Shown here in pieces: positions 36,705-47,739 of a DNA stretch of 64,000 bases (position 1 is the first letter of the stretch; each line of letters begins with the position of its first letter). The notes beneath the pieces are model-generated. The model ran no database searches, was not told the origin of the DNA, and saw only the letters and a list, made by a program, of their open reading frames with translations. Source of the DNA: a virus; IMG/VR virus record IMGVR_UViG_3300037148_000025, positions 1 to 64,000 of that record; one strand, given 5' to 3'. The position numbers and the translations under genes were made by a program.

Positions 36705-38210
36705 ATGTCATTTGGAATTGTCAAGACGATATTGGTTACCGATCCATCAAATAATGGACCCACTCCTGTTGTATTCGATTTGTCTGGGAATGCGTGGACT
36801 AGCGTAGATACAGTTGATCCATCGGGGGTTGTGCAGGAGTATTCAAATATAGGAAACTTATTGAATACCTACACAATTGACACCGTACCATGGGCAGTTG
36901 ATTTGAACGGATATTTATGGGGAACCGGGCCCGGAGATGCAGTAACAAAATTTACTACAGCGGGTTCCGTTATTGGCACATATTCTGTGGGATCAAATCC
37001 ATCTCAGTTAGCCATTGATTCTTCTAATAATGTGTGGGTGTCGTGTCCGGGAAATCATTTAATCACCGGGGTGGTTACAAAACTATCGAATAGCGGCGTG
37101 CTGCTTGGAACCTATAATACTGGAAATTGGCCGGGAGGAATCGCCATTGATTCATACCAGAATGTATGGGTTGCCGATTGGACAGATGCACGTCTTCTAA
37201 AATTCTCTAATTCAGGAGTATTGATTGGAACGTATGGTGCTGATTGGGGCGGGGCAGCCTCTAGATTTATTACCATTGCACCAGATGACACTATTTGGTG
37301 TACGCAGGATGAAAATTATTATGTTAAACATGTTGCAAACGATGGCAGTTTAATTGGCGCTTATTCTATAAATACTGGGGATGGAGTTAAGTTAGATTCT
37401 TCCGGAAATGTTTGGTTTGCATCAAATGGTAGTGGTACGACTAATGTATTTGAGTTATCCAGTTCTGGTGTAGTTATTAATGCATATATTGCGAATTTTA
37501 TCTCGTCCGGACTTTCAATTGATTCATCTGGGAATATATGGGTGACTAGTCATTCCGAGGGAGGTTCTACTGTAAATGCAATAACTATTTTAGGGAACAA
37601 TGGAAACCCTGTACTAACTAGCGTAAGTCCTTCTTTTGTGGAAGAAGGAAGCGGAAACACGGTTATTACATTAAGTGGCTCAGGTTTTGTTTCTAACTCT
37701 ACTGCTTATTTTAATTCTACAGCACTGGTTACTACTTTTGTTAGTTCTATCGAACTTACTGCCACGATTCCATCTAGTCTTCTGGTATCCGTGTCCAGCA
37801 GTTTGATTTCTGTATCTCAGTTGTCGGGAACGAGTAATACAGAACCCTTTACAGTTATTTCAGATCAAGCCAATCAGGTAGTTGGTGGAAATTTTGTAGA
37901 CTCAGAAGGTAACCCTTTAGAAAATGGTTTTTTGTTATTTGAATTATCCCAAGATGGAATTGTAAACACATCAACAAGAGTATGTTCTAACTATACTGTA
38001 CAGATTTCTCTTAATTCTTCGGGAAGCATTTCGTCTATCCCGTCATATTTCTTATTTCCTAATGATACTATTACACCATCTGGAACGTTTTATATAGTAT
38101 CTGCATTTACAGCAGAAGGGCAAAAAGTCTGGGGTCCGAATGTCCAGAATATATTATCCACACCCTCACCATTCAACGTATCTGCATGGGTTCCTGGACA
38201 ACTTAATTAG
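36705..38210 (+). CDS. NHL-repeat beta-propeller plus IPT/TIG domain protein
   Basis: Repeated P..IAIDS..NVWV; PVLTSVSPS...ITLSGSGF. Confidence 0.8.
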   Translation: MSFGIVKTILVTDPSNNGPTPVVFDLSGNAWTSVDTVDPSGVVQEYSNIGNLLNTYTIDTVPWAVDLNGYLWGTGPGDAVTKFTTAGSVIGTYSVGSNPSQLAIDSSNNVWVSCPGNHLITGVVTKLSNSGVLLGTYNTGNWPGGIAIDSYQNVWVADWTDARLLKFSNSGVLIGTYGADWGGAASRFITIAPDDTIWCTQDENYYVKHVANDGSLIGAYSINTGDGVKLDSSGNVWFASNGSGTTNVFELSSSGVVINAYIANFISSGLSIDSSGNIWVTSHSEGGSTVNAITILGNNGNPVLTSVSPSFVEEGSGNTVITLSGSGFVSNSTAYFNSTALVTTFVSSIELTATIPSSLLVSVSSSLISVSQLSGTSNTEPFTVISDQANQVVGGNFVDSEGNPLENGFLLFELSQDGIVNTSTRVCSNYTVQISLNSSGSISSIPSYFLFPNDTITPSGTFYIVSAFTAEGQKVWGPNVQNILSTPSPFNVSAWVPGQLN

Positions 38211-38220
38211 GAGAATTTAA

Positions 38221-41200
38221 ATGGGTAACAATCTTCAACTAGCTGGAGCGCAAAGTCAGACACAGGTTAAATATAGTCCCCTGTTCGTTTCTCGTTTTTT
38301 TAGTGGTATCTGGACCAATCGTTCTCCTTTACGTGATGCCACTACTACGCGTTTGATCGAGCATTTTTATGGTCAAGCAGGAGATGCGCTTATTTCTGGT
38401 CTTAACGTTGAGATTACAAATAAGCTAACCCTAGCCCGTAGACCCGGAACATCTCCGTTGGACAGCAATAGCTATGATTCTCCAGACCGTTTCTATGAGT
38501 TTCGTCTTTTTGATACTTCTACAGAGCAAATTAATCTAATGATTGATCAAGCCAATGCTCTGTATTCTTTATACAAAGGAGGAGGGAGTTCTTCATATCC
38601 TACATACAATGGGGTAAAGAGGCTTGTGTTTACCAAGAGTGCAGGGGCAGGACAATCCTATATGCAGTCGGTTGGAAATAGCCTGTATTGGGGAGATGGA
38701 GTTGACAACCAGAAGTGGCTTGAGAGTCTTGTGGTTTGGTCAGATGGTGCCCAATGGAACAGTAGTTCATACCCATATTATACTACTTTTCTGATCGATC
38801 CTAATGGAAATGTTCAACAGTTAGTTCCGATTGCAATTCCGGTTACAGACGTTGCCATTTCCGCAAACGTTCTGACAATCACATCTTCAGCAACACTAAC
38901 TAGTTTTCTGTCTACAGGGATGTATGTATCGTTTCCTGAGAATATGAATGCTACATTTTTAAATAACCAGACCGTTTTGCTTACTGGAGTTACTACCAAT
39001 ACATTTACAGCAAGTTTCACCAATGTTGATTATGTTGGGACAGAGACTGATATTGATGCCATGCAAGCCTATGGTGGAGTTAATCCGGCATCGGGGTCTA
39101 CAGTTCCAACGTGGAGCACTGTTGTTCCATCTAGTTCTAACAATTTTGCCGGTGGAGTAACTTTAGATGGACAGGTTAAGTGGGTTAATCGTGGAAGTGC
39201 TGTAAAGAATTGGGGAATTGCTCCTCCTACTTCTCAGCCTCTTTTTGATCTTGGTGCATCATCTGTTTCGTGGGGAGCGGGCGTTTTCTACTCATTAGTT
39301 AGTGTGGTGGTGGATTCAAACGGAAATTTGCAGCAGGTTACTACGCCGGGTCTAAGCGGTAGCTCTCAGCCAACTTGGGCAACTACTATTGGTCTTACGA
39401 CGTCAGATGGTCAAGTTACGTGGACCATGATTCAAACTGTTGCTTTAGGTGTTCCTAAATCTCTTACTTGGGAACCAAATACAGAGTATACCCAGAGTAC
39501 TACATTGAATTTGACTTCTATTGCGGTTGCAGTAGGTGGAAGTACAGTATACTCCGGTGCGATTACGGGCGGAGCGGATAATGCATTTGTTACCACTCCT
39601 CCGACGATGTTTGTTATTACAGGGGCTATTGATGTTGTAAATAATGGGGTATTTCCTTGTACAGCATCTACTACCACATCTATTACATTAACAAATCCAA
39701 ATGGAGTGTCTGAAACCAGTTCGTCGATTGTGGCAACCATCCAAGGCTCTTTCGTTATTGGCAGTACCTATGGAACAACCGGTAACATCAATTGTCTGTT
39801 TATGTTGGGTCAAAATACTCAACCAAGTCTTATTGGCAGTGTGAAAGCATATTTATATGCAGGTGTTCATTCTGGAAGTGGCGTTGGACGGTTTACGCTT
39901 ACACATCCAACAAGTACATCTAGTGCTCTTGCCAGCACTCTAACTCAAAATAGTTTAGATTTTGCCGGTGCTCCTGAAAGTGGCAGTATGTTTAGTTGGG
40001 ATAACTTATTTGATGATTTCAGTACTTCAGGTGGTGGGGCCAATTTAACATGGGATACTGTTAATGCAGCCGGTGAGGTAGTTAGCTTCAACACCCCATT
40101 CTCTAATTTTATTAACACCTATGAGTTGATTATTCTTGCAACATTGAATGTTCCAGTAGCCGGTACTTATACTTTTTCCATCAGTCACTACGATGGTATG
40201 ATATGGGGAATTGGAAATGGGGCTACATCGACCGGGGGTTCAGGTTATCCTAATAATCAAGGACAGGTTGTTACAGCAGCAGAAGGATACCCTAATTTTG
40301 GGGGAACCAACGGAGGTACTCCGGGTGGAGGAACTTATGACCCGGTTACAAACACATTCTCAGGTTCTGTTGGAGTTACCGATACGTTTCAAGTAACGTT
40401 TCCTGCTCCCGGAAATTATCCAGTAGAAGTTGATTATAGCTATTGGTATCATGACGGAATGCAGTTAAACGTTATGTGTAATGGCGACATTTTAGCCAAT
40501 ACAAGTGGAGGTTCTGGAAATCCTACAAGCGGAACAAGCGAACCAATTTGGCCTTCTTGGACAGTATCAAATGCTCCTTTGTATCCCACGGTTACAGAGT
40601 CTAGCGGACAGTTAACTTGGTATAATCTCGGCCCTGTGACGGATTTTTCATGGGCAGCAAATACAACATTTACATTACCAGATACTACAATTGTAGACCC
40701 TAATGGCTATGAGGAAGCACCATATAGAACTGGTGTTACTGGGGCAATTGCTCCCACATTCTCTACCGGCGCAAACTCGCTTACCTATGATAATCCAAAT
40801 CTAATTTGGATAAATGAGGGTATTGCTGCAACGGTTAAAACTGGAACGTTGAGTACATTTAATGGCGGTTGGACATATTGGGTAGCATTGGTCGATACAT
40901 TAGATGATACTGTGTCTAACTGTAGTCCAGCATCTCAGGTAACAGGTAACTTTATCGGTATTAATGGGGTATTTTTGGAACCGGGAAGCGGTTTGCCGGA
41001 TAAAGCTGTTATAGACCCGCAGTCAGATTATGTAGCCATTTTTAGAAGCACAGACGGTCAGTCTGTTCCTCTTTTGATACCGGGCCAGCTTTCTGATTGG
41101 ACTGTACCATTAAGTGTATATCTTACTGATGGGTATACCGATAAAACGCTGGATGTAGGCTTGAATAACGAGATATTGGGTGCGATTGATGGAGAGAATA

Positions 41201-42285
41201 CTCCTCCGGGCGCTGGAGCAATCAATTTAACTTATCATCTTGATAGAATTTGGTACAGCATTGGAAATGTGGTTTATTGGACGACCGGTCCTGCCACTCC
41301 ATGCGGAAATGGTATAAATGGAACAGCACCATTAAACTTTTCATCTATGCCGTCTCTAGTAAAACGAATTGTTCCTACAGCATCTGGGGCATTTATTTTT
41401 ACCGTTTCAGACATCTATATTATTCAAGGGAACGGAACAGCGCAAAGTCCGATTCAGGGAGCACTTCCTATGGCTCCGGGGGTGGGATTGCTTAGTTATA
41501 ATGCTTTAGATTTACGCGGAACATTAATAGGGTTTTTTACAACAGACAATCAATTTGTTATTTTGAATCCCGAGAATGGTATAAGTTCTGCAAGTTTGCC
41601 GATTGGAGATCAGTTTCGGTTAACGAATGGAAATCCCGGACAGAACTGGAATCCTGCTAATGTATATGTAGCATGGCACGTTGAAGGGGAAGATCAGGCG
41701 TGGTATGTGGGAGATGGTGCAACAGGTTGGTATAAATTGATGGATACACCGGCTCCTGAAAGCGGAAACACATGGTCGCCTTATTCTATTATCACAGGAG
41801 GAGCGGGAGCTATCCAAAGCGTTGAAGTGACTCCGGGAGTTCATCGTCTTTTAGTTGGACCTACCGGTACAGGAAGTATCACACAGAGAGATTTAACGGT
41901 ATATTCCGATAGTGGCACATCATACCCTGCATATGCTACTATTGGTTCAGTGGTATTGGCCCAACCGGGTCAGATTGCTGAAGTAGCTTTTATTACAACA
42001 GAGTCTATAAAGGTTGGTTCTCCTCTTGTGATTGGACTTCTTGTAGACGAGTGTTTACCTTATTATACAGGACCAATTGATATTCTGAAGGTATGGGTAA
42101 ACGATCCTCCAAACTTAAAACCAAGTAGTTCTTTGTACAGTCAGCGTTTCTATTTGTCCGAGTTAAAAGATGAGACGGCGGCGATGCGCCATTGCCAGTT
42201 GCAAATCATATTTTCTCCGTATGATACAGTGGCCAATGAGTTGCTTTCAACAACCATTTTTGGCACTTTTTCGCAAGAATTATAA
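38221..42285 (+). CDS. Large tail protein (nozzle/stabilization-like) with inserted carbohydrate-binding-like modules
   Basis: 1354 aa; N-terminal LARRPG; repeated PTW...T.DG..W; PA14-like insert. Confidence 0.6.
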   Translation: MGNNLQLAGAQSQTQVKYSPLFVSRFFSGIWTNRSPLRDATTTRLIEHFYGQAGDALISGLNVEITNKLTLARRPGTSPLDSNSYDSPDRFYEFRLFDTSTEQINLMIDQANALYSLYKGGGSSSYPTYNGVKRLVFTKSAGAGQSYMQSVGNSLYWGDGVDNQKWLESLVVWSDGAQWNSSSYPYYTTFLIDPNGNVQQLVPIAIPVTDVAISANVLTITSSATLTSFLSTGMYVSFPENMNATFLNNQTVLLTGVTTNTFTASFTNVDYVGTETDIDAMQAYGGVNPASGSTVPTWSTVVPSSSNNFAGGVTLDGQVKWVNRGSAVKNWGIAPPTSQPLFDLGASSVSWGAGVFYSLVSVVVDSNGNLQQVTTPGLSGSSQPTWATTIGLTTSDGQVTWTMIQTVALGVPKSLTWEPNTEYTQSTTLNLTSIAVAVGGSTVYSGAITGGADNAFVTTPPTMFVITGAIDVVNNGVFPCTASTTTSITLTNPNGVSETSSSIVATIQGSFVIGSTYGTTGNINCLFMLGQNTQPSLIGSVKAYLYAGVHSGSGVGRFTLTHPTSTSSALASTLTQNSLDFAGAPESGSMFSWDNLFDDFSTSGGGANLTWDTVNAAGEVVSFNTPFSNFINTYELIILATLNVPVAGTYTFSISHYDGMIWGIGNGATSTGGSGYPNNQGQVVTAAEGYPNFGGTNGGTPGGGTYDPVTNTFSGSVGVTDTFQVTFPAPGNYPVEVDYSYWYHDGMQLNVMCNGDILANTSGGSGNPTSGTSEPIWPSWTVSNAPLYPTVTESSGQLTWYNLGPVTDFSWAANTTFTLPDTTIVDPNGYEEAPYRTGVTGAIAPTFSTGANSLTYDNPNLIWINEGIAATVKTGTLSTFNGGWTYWVALVDTLDDTVSNCSPASQVTGNFIGINGVFLEPGSGLPDKAVIDPQSDYVAIFRSTDGQSVPLLIPGQLSDWTVPLSVYLTDGYTDKTLDVGLNNEILGAIDGENTPPGAGAINLTYHLDRIWYSIGNVVYWTTGPATPCGNGINGTAPLNFSSMPSLVKRIVPTASGAFIFTVSDIYIIQGNGTAQSPIQGALPMAPGVGLLSYNALDLRGTLIGFFTTDNQFVILNPENGISSASLPIGDQFRLTNGNPGQNWNPANVYVAWHVEGEDQAWYVGDGATGWYKLMDTPAPESGNTWSPYSIITGGAGAIQSVEVTPGVHRLLVGPTGTGSITQRDLTVYSDSGTSYPAYATIGSVVLAQPGQIAEVAFITTESIKVGSPLVIGLLVDECLPYYTGPIDILKVWVNDPPNLKPSSSLYSQRFYLSELKDETAAMRHCQLQIIFSPYDTVANELLSTTIFGTFSQEL

Positions 42286-42298
42286 TAGGGGTATATAA

Positions 42299-43036
42299 AT
42301 GCCAACATTACAGGAATCTAGCACTAAAAATTTAGATATGAGTAATTATACCCCAGTTACCAATGAGGCTTCTCCTTCTATGGGTATACCGGCTCCATCT
42401 GTAAGCGTGGAGCCGGGAATAAACCCTTTTATGAGATGCCCGTTGCCTTCTCTTGGTCAAACTGACCCTGATTCTCAGAGGCAGTTTTATAAAGGAAGTT
42501 CTACTTCACAGACTAGATTTTTTACTCCTCCTGCACCAGTAAGTGGAAGTGGTACATATGTTACTAACAACTATTCGAATATTTCGAATAGTTCGAGTGG
42601 TTCAGGTGGGGGAAGTTCTAGTGGGGGAAGCGGAGGCAGCATAACGGGAATTACTGTAACACAGGCATCCCTTGTTGCAGCTAGTCTTGGACCCGGAGGT
42701 AAGTTTTCTGGGTCTATTACACTCAGTAAGTCATTCCAGCTTTTAGGATTGACCGCAAGTGCTCCTTGTCGTATTCAAATATATGGTTCACGGGTCGCTC
42801 AGCTTGGGGATTTATATAGAGGTCTAGATGTTACTCCACCAGCAGGCTCTACTCAGAACATTATCACTGATGTGGTATTAGATACCTCTCCTTATACTTG
42901 GACATTTCAGGATCGTATGGGCTCTAATGGGGAGTCTCCTGTGACTGCAAGGGTATATGTTACTATCACAAATTTAGATATAACTACCGACAATATTACA
43001 GTGGGTATTTCATACGTTCCATTGGCAACTAGTTAA
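42299..43036 (+). CDS. Tail-associated protein
   Basis: Gly/Ser linker, beta-rich C-terminus. Confidence 0.55.
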   Translation: MPTLQESSTKNLDMSNYTPVTNEASPSMGIPAPSVSVEPGINPFMRCPLPSLGQTDPDSQRQFYKGSSTSQTRFFTPPAPVSGSGTYVTNNYSNISNSSSGSGGGSSSGGSGGSITGITVTQASLVAASLGPGGKFSGSITLSKSFQLLGLTASAPCRIQIYGSRVAQLGDLYRGLDVTPPAGSTQNIITDVVLDTSPYTWTFQDRMGSNGESPVTARVYVTITNLDITTDNITVGISYVPLATS

Positions 43037-43045
43037 GGAGAATTT

Positions 43046-43324
43046 ATGAACCGCGAATGTATAAGTCCGGGTGGAGGAGTATACCCAATCACAGGTGATG
43101 CGACTTCAACGGCAGGTTCTCCTATAGTGAGAGTTGTTGGATTACAGGGAACTCCTGTTGCGAATGCGGGGTTATACTCAGGGCAAGTATTACAATATAG
43201 TGCGGACGAAAATTCATGGGTTCCTGTTTTGGAGGCGCAGATTTTATGCAATGGTGTTGCAATCTCGGATGACCCTAATATTAGTGTGAATGTAGTGAAG
43301 CCTGTTCTAGTAAATGGAGTTTAA
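43046..43324 (+). CDS. Small tail/fibre-associated protein
   Basis: VVGLQG.PV...GQVLQY...W.P. Confidence 0.55.
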   Translation: MNRECISPGGGVYPITGDATSTAGSPIVRVVGLQGTPVANAGLYSGQVLQYSADENSWVPVLEAQILCNGVAISDDPNISVNVVKPVLVNGV

Positions 43325-43326
43325 GT

Positions 43327-43968
43327 ATGTCTATAAATTTGAATAATAATCTTCCTGCTCCCCCAACTGGAGGAACAAATGTAAATTTTCAGGAAGATGG
43401 CAGTGGAAATGTCAGTGCATATGTTGGTCTTGCTTCAAACAAGATTATAACTGCTCCGGTTGTGAAGTCATATGTGCTGTCGGCTGCTGCGACTGCGGCA
43501 GGAGGCTCTACGGTTTATACAGGGACAATTGTTGTTCCTGTAAACAGTTTAGTAGGATTGCTTTTCACAGTTTCCGGTTTCGTAGCCACTCCTGCAAATA
43601 ACGGTACGTTTCTTTGCACCGCGAATAATGGGACCACCACAATTACCCTTGCAAATACGGCGGGGGTTTTTGAGGTTCAGGCAGCGGCGGCGATTTCCGG
43701 CTCTCTTATCCTTGATTGTAGCCTTGGCAACAGCTTCTTTGTTAACGTGACTGCACCTATAACAAGCATGAGTATAACCAACCCGACAGATGGGCAGGAG
43801 ATTACGATACTCTGGCAGCAAGATGTTACCGGACACGCTGTAGCAGTTGCTGGTAACCTATTAGGGACATTTAGTGTCACACTCACGGCAAACAAACATA
43901 GTTGTTATAAGTGGACGTACAATTTAGCGGATACTAATTGGTATTTAATTAATTCTAATAATATGTAA
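43327..43968 (+). CDS. Tail-fibre-associated protein
   Basis: Shares a beta module with 30715..31701. Confidence 0.55.
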   Translation: MSINLNNNLPAPPTGGTNVNFQEDGSGNVSAYVGLASNKIITAPVVKSYVLSAAATAAGGSTVYTGTIVVPVNSLVGLLFTVSGFVATPANNGTFLCTANNGTTTITLANTAGVFEVQAAAAISGSLILDCSLGNSFFVNVTAPITSMSITNPTDGQEITILWQQDVTGHAVAVAGNLLGTFSVTLTANKHSCYKWTYNLADTNWYLINSNNM

Positions 43969-43979
43969 GGAGAAAAAAA

Positions 43980-44729
43980 ATGTCATTTGATAAGATTTTT
44001 TATGGACCGCCTAATAGTGGTGCTCATGGTATTGGAGCATTAGGAGTAGATATTTCTAGCAAATCGTTGTATGTCTCAACAAGAAACGGTTGGGAACTGG
44101 CTGCTTCTGCAAATCCACCAATAGCGACTGATTCCGCATTAGGTGTGGTAGAGCCTGATGGGACAACAATTACAGTTACAAGCGGTGGAGTGATTTCAGC
44201 CGTTGGCGGCGGGGGTAGCGGAGCATTGACACAGATCGGGAAGGTTGTGGTTGGTTCTCCTGTCCCAAGTATTGCTTTCAATGCTATACCGGGAAGCTAT
44301 ACTAACCTGCAACTTATTATCAACGGACAGAGCAGTTCTAACGTCGGTTCACAGGATGATGTTCATGCAACTTTCAATTCCGATAGCAGTGCTGATTATG
44401 ATATGACATTTCTTGTGGGCAATGGTAGTTCTGCGGTAAGTTCACAGCTAACTGCTCAAGATTATTTTATTGTTGCTACACTTAATAATGTGGCAACAAC
44501 AGGAAAAGCGGGGTGTGTAAACTGCTTAATTTTGTCGTATACAGGGACAGCATTCTACAAAGAGATAATGTGCAATCAGCATTTTTGGAATGCGGGCTCA
44601 TTTTTGCAACCAATGCTAGTTTCTGCGGATTGGAACAGCACGGATGCAATCACCAGTATTTCACTTGTGCTAAATAGCGGTAGCAATTTTGTGGCAGGAA
44701 CGACAGCGACTCTTTATGGGATGCAGTAA
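43980..44729 (+). CDS. Tail-fibre-associated protein
   Basis: F..IP..Y..L.L...W.ST.AITSI...G....LYG C-terminal domain. Confidence 0.6.
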   Translation: MSFDKIFYGPPNSGAHGIGALGVDISSKSLYVSTRNGWELAASANPPIATDSALGVVEPDGTTITVTSGGVISAVGGGGSGALTQIGKVVVGSPVPSIAFNAIPGSYTNLQLIINGQSSSNVGSQDDVHATFNSDSSADYDMTFLVGNGSSAVSSQLTAQDYFIVATLNNVATTGKAGCVNCLILSYTGTAFYKEIMCNQHFWNAGSFLQPMLVSADWNSTDAITSISLVLNSGSNFVAGTTATLYGMQ

Positions 44730-44769
44730 TAATTTTTCAGGATTTCACAGGTAGACCGGGGATTGTAAA

Positions 44770-45333
44770 ATGACAAAATGTAACGTGAACGGAATAAATG
44801 AAATCGATTTTACTTTCCCCGGAGCCAGTGCTGTAACAGTTAATGCCGGAGTTGCATCTCTTACAGTGTCTGAGCCTTCTGGTACTGCAAATGAAGTTAT
44901 GGCTACACCGAATGGAAGTTCGGGTGTAGCCTCTTTACGCGCAATAGCTCCTACTGATTTACCAATTGCAACCACTTTAGCATTAGGCGTAGTTGAGCCG
45001 GACGGAACGACAATTACTATCACAGGCGCAGGAGTTATTTCATCCGTTGGAGGGGGCGGAAGCAGTGTTTCTGTAGTTACCAAGACAGCTAATTATACGG
45101 CTGTGAACGGGAATCTTGTACTTTGTAACACGACATCTGCAAGCTTCACTGTGACACTTCCTGCTCCTACACTGGATTCTACGGTATCAGTCAAGAAGAT
45201 TTCAAGTGATGTAAATACAGTGACTATAAGCCCGTCTTCTGGTTTGATTGAGGGTGTGGCTACGATGACGATCACAACTCTAGGTGATTGCATGGACCTT
45301 GCCGCAGATGGAACAAATTTTTGGATTATCTAG
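44770..45333 (+). CDS. Tail-fibre-associated protein
   Basis: KTANYT...C.TT...FTVTLP...DG.NFWI. Confidence 0.6.
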   Translation: MTKCNVNGINEIDFTFPGASAVTVNAGVASLTVSEPSGTANEVMATPNGSSGVASLRAIAPTDLPIATTLALGVVEPDGTTITITGAGVISSVGGGGSSVSVVTKTANYTAVNGNLVLCNTTSASFTVTLPAPTLDSTVSVKKISSDVNTVTISPSSGLIEGVATMTITTLGDCMDLAADGTNFWII

Positions 45334-45347
45334 TCAGGAGCAATTGA

Positions 45348-47714
45348 ATGAGCAACTTTGGCGGAATAAAAATTGAAGATGGAGCAGGGAACCCGATAGT
45401 ATCGACGAGTGGTGCGCTTAATGTGAATGTCACAAATTCTTCGACGATTGGTGTACTAACGGCGGAAGCGTCGGGGGGTGCTGCTCCGGGAGCGACTTTC
45501 AATGGTTCTACAAATATAGCGATTGACTACCACACTGTAGGGGCTGATGTGGCGGGTGCGGCGGCGGCAGTGACGCTGAGCGGTTTAGGGGGAGTTCCAA
45601 CTAGTACTACGGTCAATGGTCATGCACTTAGCAGCAATGTCACAGTTTCAGCATCAGATATTACAACGGGTACTTTACCTCATGCACAGTTACCAACACT
45701 TTTGTCTGGAGATATTCCTGCTAATGCGGCAAACACTTCGGGCACAGCATCCAATCTTAGTGGAACGCCAACTTTACCCTCTGGTACGAAGGCAGCTACA
45801 CAGACTACAGGTGATAATACAGCAGACCTTGCAACCGATGCTTTTGTAAATGCATCCATAACTGCATTGTCTCTTGGAACTGCTTCTACAAAGGCAACAT
45901 CCTATTTCCAGACAGCACTTACTAACCCAGTTACAGGACCGGGCAGCGGTGCAACCGTTGGTCATCTAGCAGTTATGGGAAACACTTCAGGGACAAGTAT
46001 CACCGACGGAGGGGCAGTTCCTGTAGGAACAGTTACTCTTAGCGGTTCTCCAGTTAGTCCTAATATTGCAGCATTCTCCTCATCTAGTGCAATAACGGCA
46101 GCTACTTCAGCCAACATCCAGACAGCCATTGGTGCGAGTGTATATGATACCAGTGGAGCAGCAGCTACAGCACAAAGTAATGCAGAAACTTTCGCAGCTA
46201 ACGCCAGCAATATATCGTCTGGCACAGTTGGTATAGCATACCTGCCTACCGGAACTAGTTCAAGCACTGTAGTAAAAGGCGGAACAATTACAGCGGCTGG
46301 ACCCATTGGAAGCACAACAGCAATTCCCATATTAACATATAATGCAGCCGGACAGTTGACGGCGGTAACCACCGCTACCCCCGCCGTGAGTGCAGTTGCT
46401 GGTAAATCATTAACAGGAAGTGGTGCGTCTATTCCTACGGGTCCAACATCTTCCACAAATGGAGATTTAGTTAGCTTTACTGGTGCAGCGGGTCAGATTG
46501 CCGATAGCGGTATTGTAGCCAGCAATGTTCCCTTGCTTAATGCAGCGAATTCGTTTACCAACGCCGGTACTACTACATTTCAGCAGGGTTCGTCTGGTAT
46601 CGCCCTTGATGCCACGACCCAGACCGTCGGCACGACGTATGGGACTGGGGGGTATTTAATCATCAACGCAGAAGGTCCGACATCGACAACTGGCGCATCA
46701 ATATTTTTGGGTGGAAGCGCTCGTAGTGACGCAAATAAAAACGCGATCACGTTCAACGAAAACAACACAGAGTACGCACGGATTGATGGGAATTATACTG
46801 GGCATACGGCGGGCAACGTCGGCATCGGGACGACGGCACCAGGTCAAAAGCTGGATGTTTCAGGCAACATCAATGTAAACACCAACGGCACTCCTGCTCT
46901 CATTTCTACTTTCAAACCAACTTCTACTTCAGGAAACAACATCTTCATCGGTGGAGGTGGACAGAGTTCAGTGTATGACGGCACAAATGTATATACGGGT
47001 TCATATAATACGGCGGTAGGTATGAATGCTCTCCAGTCCAACACGACAGGCTACTACAACTCTGCGCAGGGGGTCGGAGCCCTTTACTCCAACACGACAG
47101 GCTACTACAACTCTGCGCAGGGGGTCAGTGCCCTTTACTCCAACACGACAGGCTACTACAACTCTGCGCAGGGGGCCATCGCCCTTCAATCCAACACGAC
47201 AGGCTACTACAACTCTGCGCAGGGGGCCATCGCCCTTCAATTCAACACGACAGGCAGCAGCAACTCCGCGCAGGGGGCCGGAGCCCTTTACTCCAACACG
47301 ACAGGCAGCAGCAACTCCGCGCAGGGGGTCAGTGCCCTTTACTCCAACACGACAGGCAGCAGAAACTCCGCGCAGGGGTACCAGGCTGGCTACAATTCTG
47401 ATGTCGCACTACAAACAATGACCAACAGCACCTTCCTTGGTTATGGTGCTAACTCATCGGTAGACGGAATAACCAACTCAATGGCTCTTGGTAACGGTGC
47501 TCAGGTAACGGCAAGCAATCAGGTAGTTTTGGGAAATAGTGCGGTAACGAAGACGTTATTAAACGGCAACGTCGGCATCGGGACAACAACGCCGAACAGT
47601 CCTTTAGCTGTAGTTGGTCTTCCGTTATATTCAACTAATGCTCTTGCCATAGCAGGTGGACTTGCAGTAGGAGATTTTTACAGAGTCGCTGGTGTAGTAT
47701 CAGTGGTCTATTAA
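45348..47714 (+). CDS. Tail fibre/spike protein
   Basis: ASDITTGTL and GNVGIGTT motifs; 17-aa NTTG..NSAQG..AL repeats. Confidence 0.75.
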   Translation: MSNFGGIKIEDGAGNPIVSTSGALNVNVTNSSTIGVLTAEASGGAAPGATFNGSTNIAIDYHTVGADVAGAAAAVTLSGLGGVPTSTTVNGHALSSNVTVSASDITTGTLPHAQLPTLLSGDIPANAANTSGTASNLSGTPTLPSGTKAATQTTGDNTADLATDAFVNASITALSLGTASTKATSYFQTALTNPVTGPGSGATVGHLAVMGNTSGTSITDGGAVPVGTVTLSGSPVSPNIAAFSSSSAITAATSANIQTAIGASVYDTSGAAATAQSNAETFAANASNISSGTVGIAYLPTGTSSSTVVKGGTITAAGPIGSTTAIPILTYNAAGQLTAVTTATPAVSAVAGKSLTGSGASIPTGPTSSTNGDLVSFTGAAGQIADSGIVASNVPLLNAANSFTNAGTTTFQQGSSGIALDATTQTVGTTYGTGGYLIINAEGPTSTTGASIFLGGSARSDANKNAITFNENNTEYARIDGNYTGHTAGNVGIGTTAPGQKLDVSGNINVNTNGTPALISTFKPTSTSGNNIFIGGGGQSSVYDGTNVYTGSYNTAVGMNALQSNTTGYYNSAQGVGALYSNTTGYYNSAQGVSALYSNTTGYYNSAQGAIALQSNTTGYYNSAQGAIALQFNTTGSSNSAQGAGALYSNTTGSSNSAQGVSALYSNTTGSRNSAQGYQAGYNSDVALQTMTNSTFLGYGANSSVDGITNSMALGNGAQVTASNQVVLGNSAVTKTLLNGNVGIGTTTPNSPLAVVGLPLYSTNALAIAGGLAVGDFYRVAGVVSVVY
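47040..47380 (+). repeat. 51-bp coding tandem repeat, about 7 copies
   Basis: AACACGACAGGC at 47040, 47091, 47142, 47193, 47244, 47295 and 47346. Confidence 0.9.
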
Positions 47715-47739
47715 GTTTTTTCAAGAAGTTAAGGAATTT

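Noticed and set aside
45348-47714. Diversity-generating retroelement target in the tail fibre
   Set aside because: No reverse transcriptase in the window, and the repeats are tandem coding units rather than a TR/VR pair with A-specific mismatches
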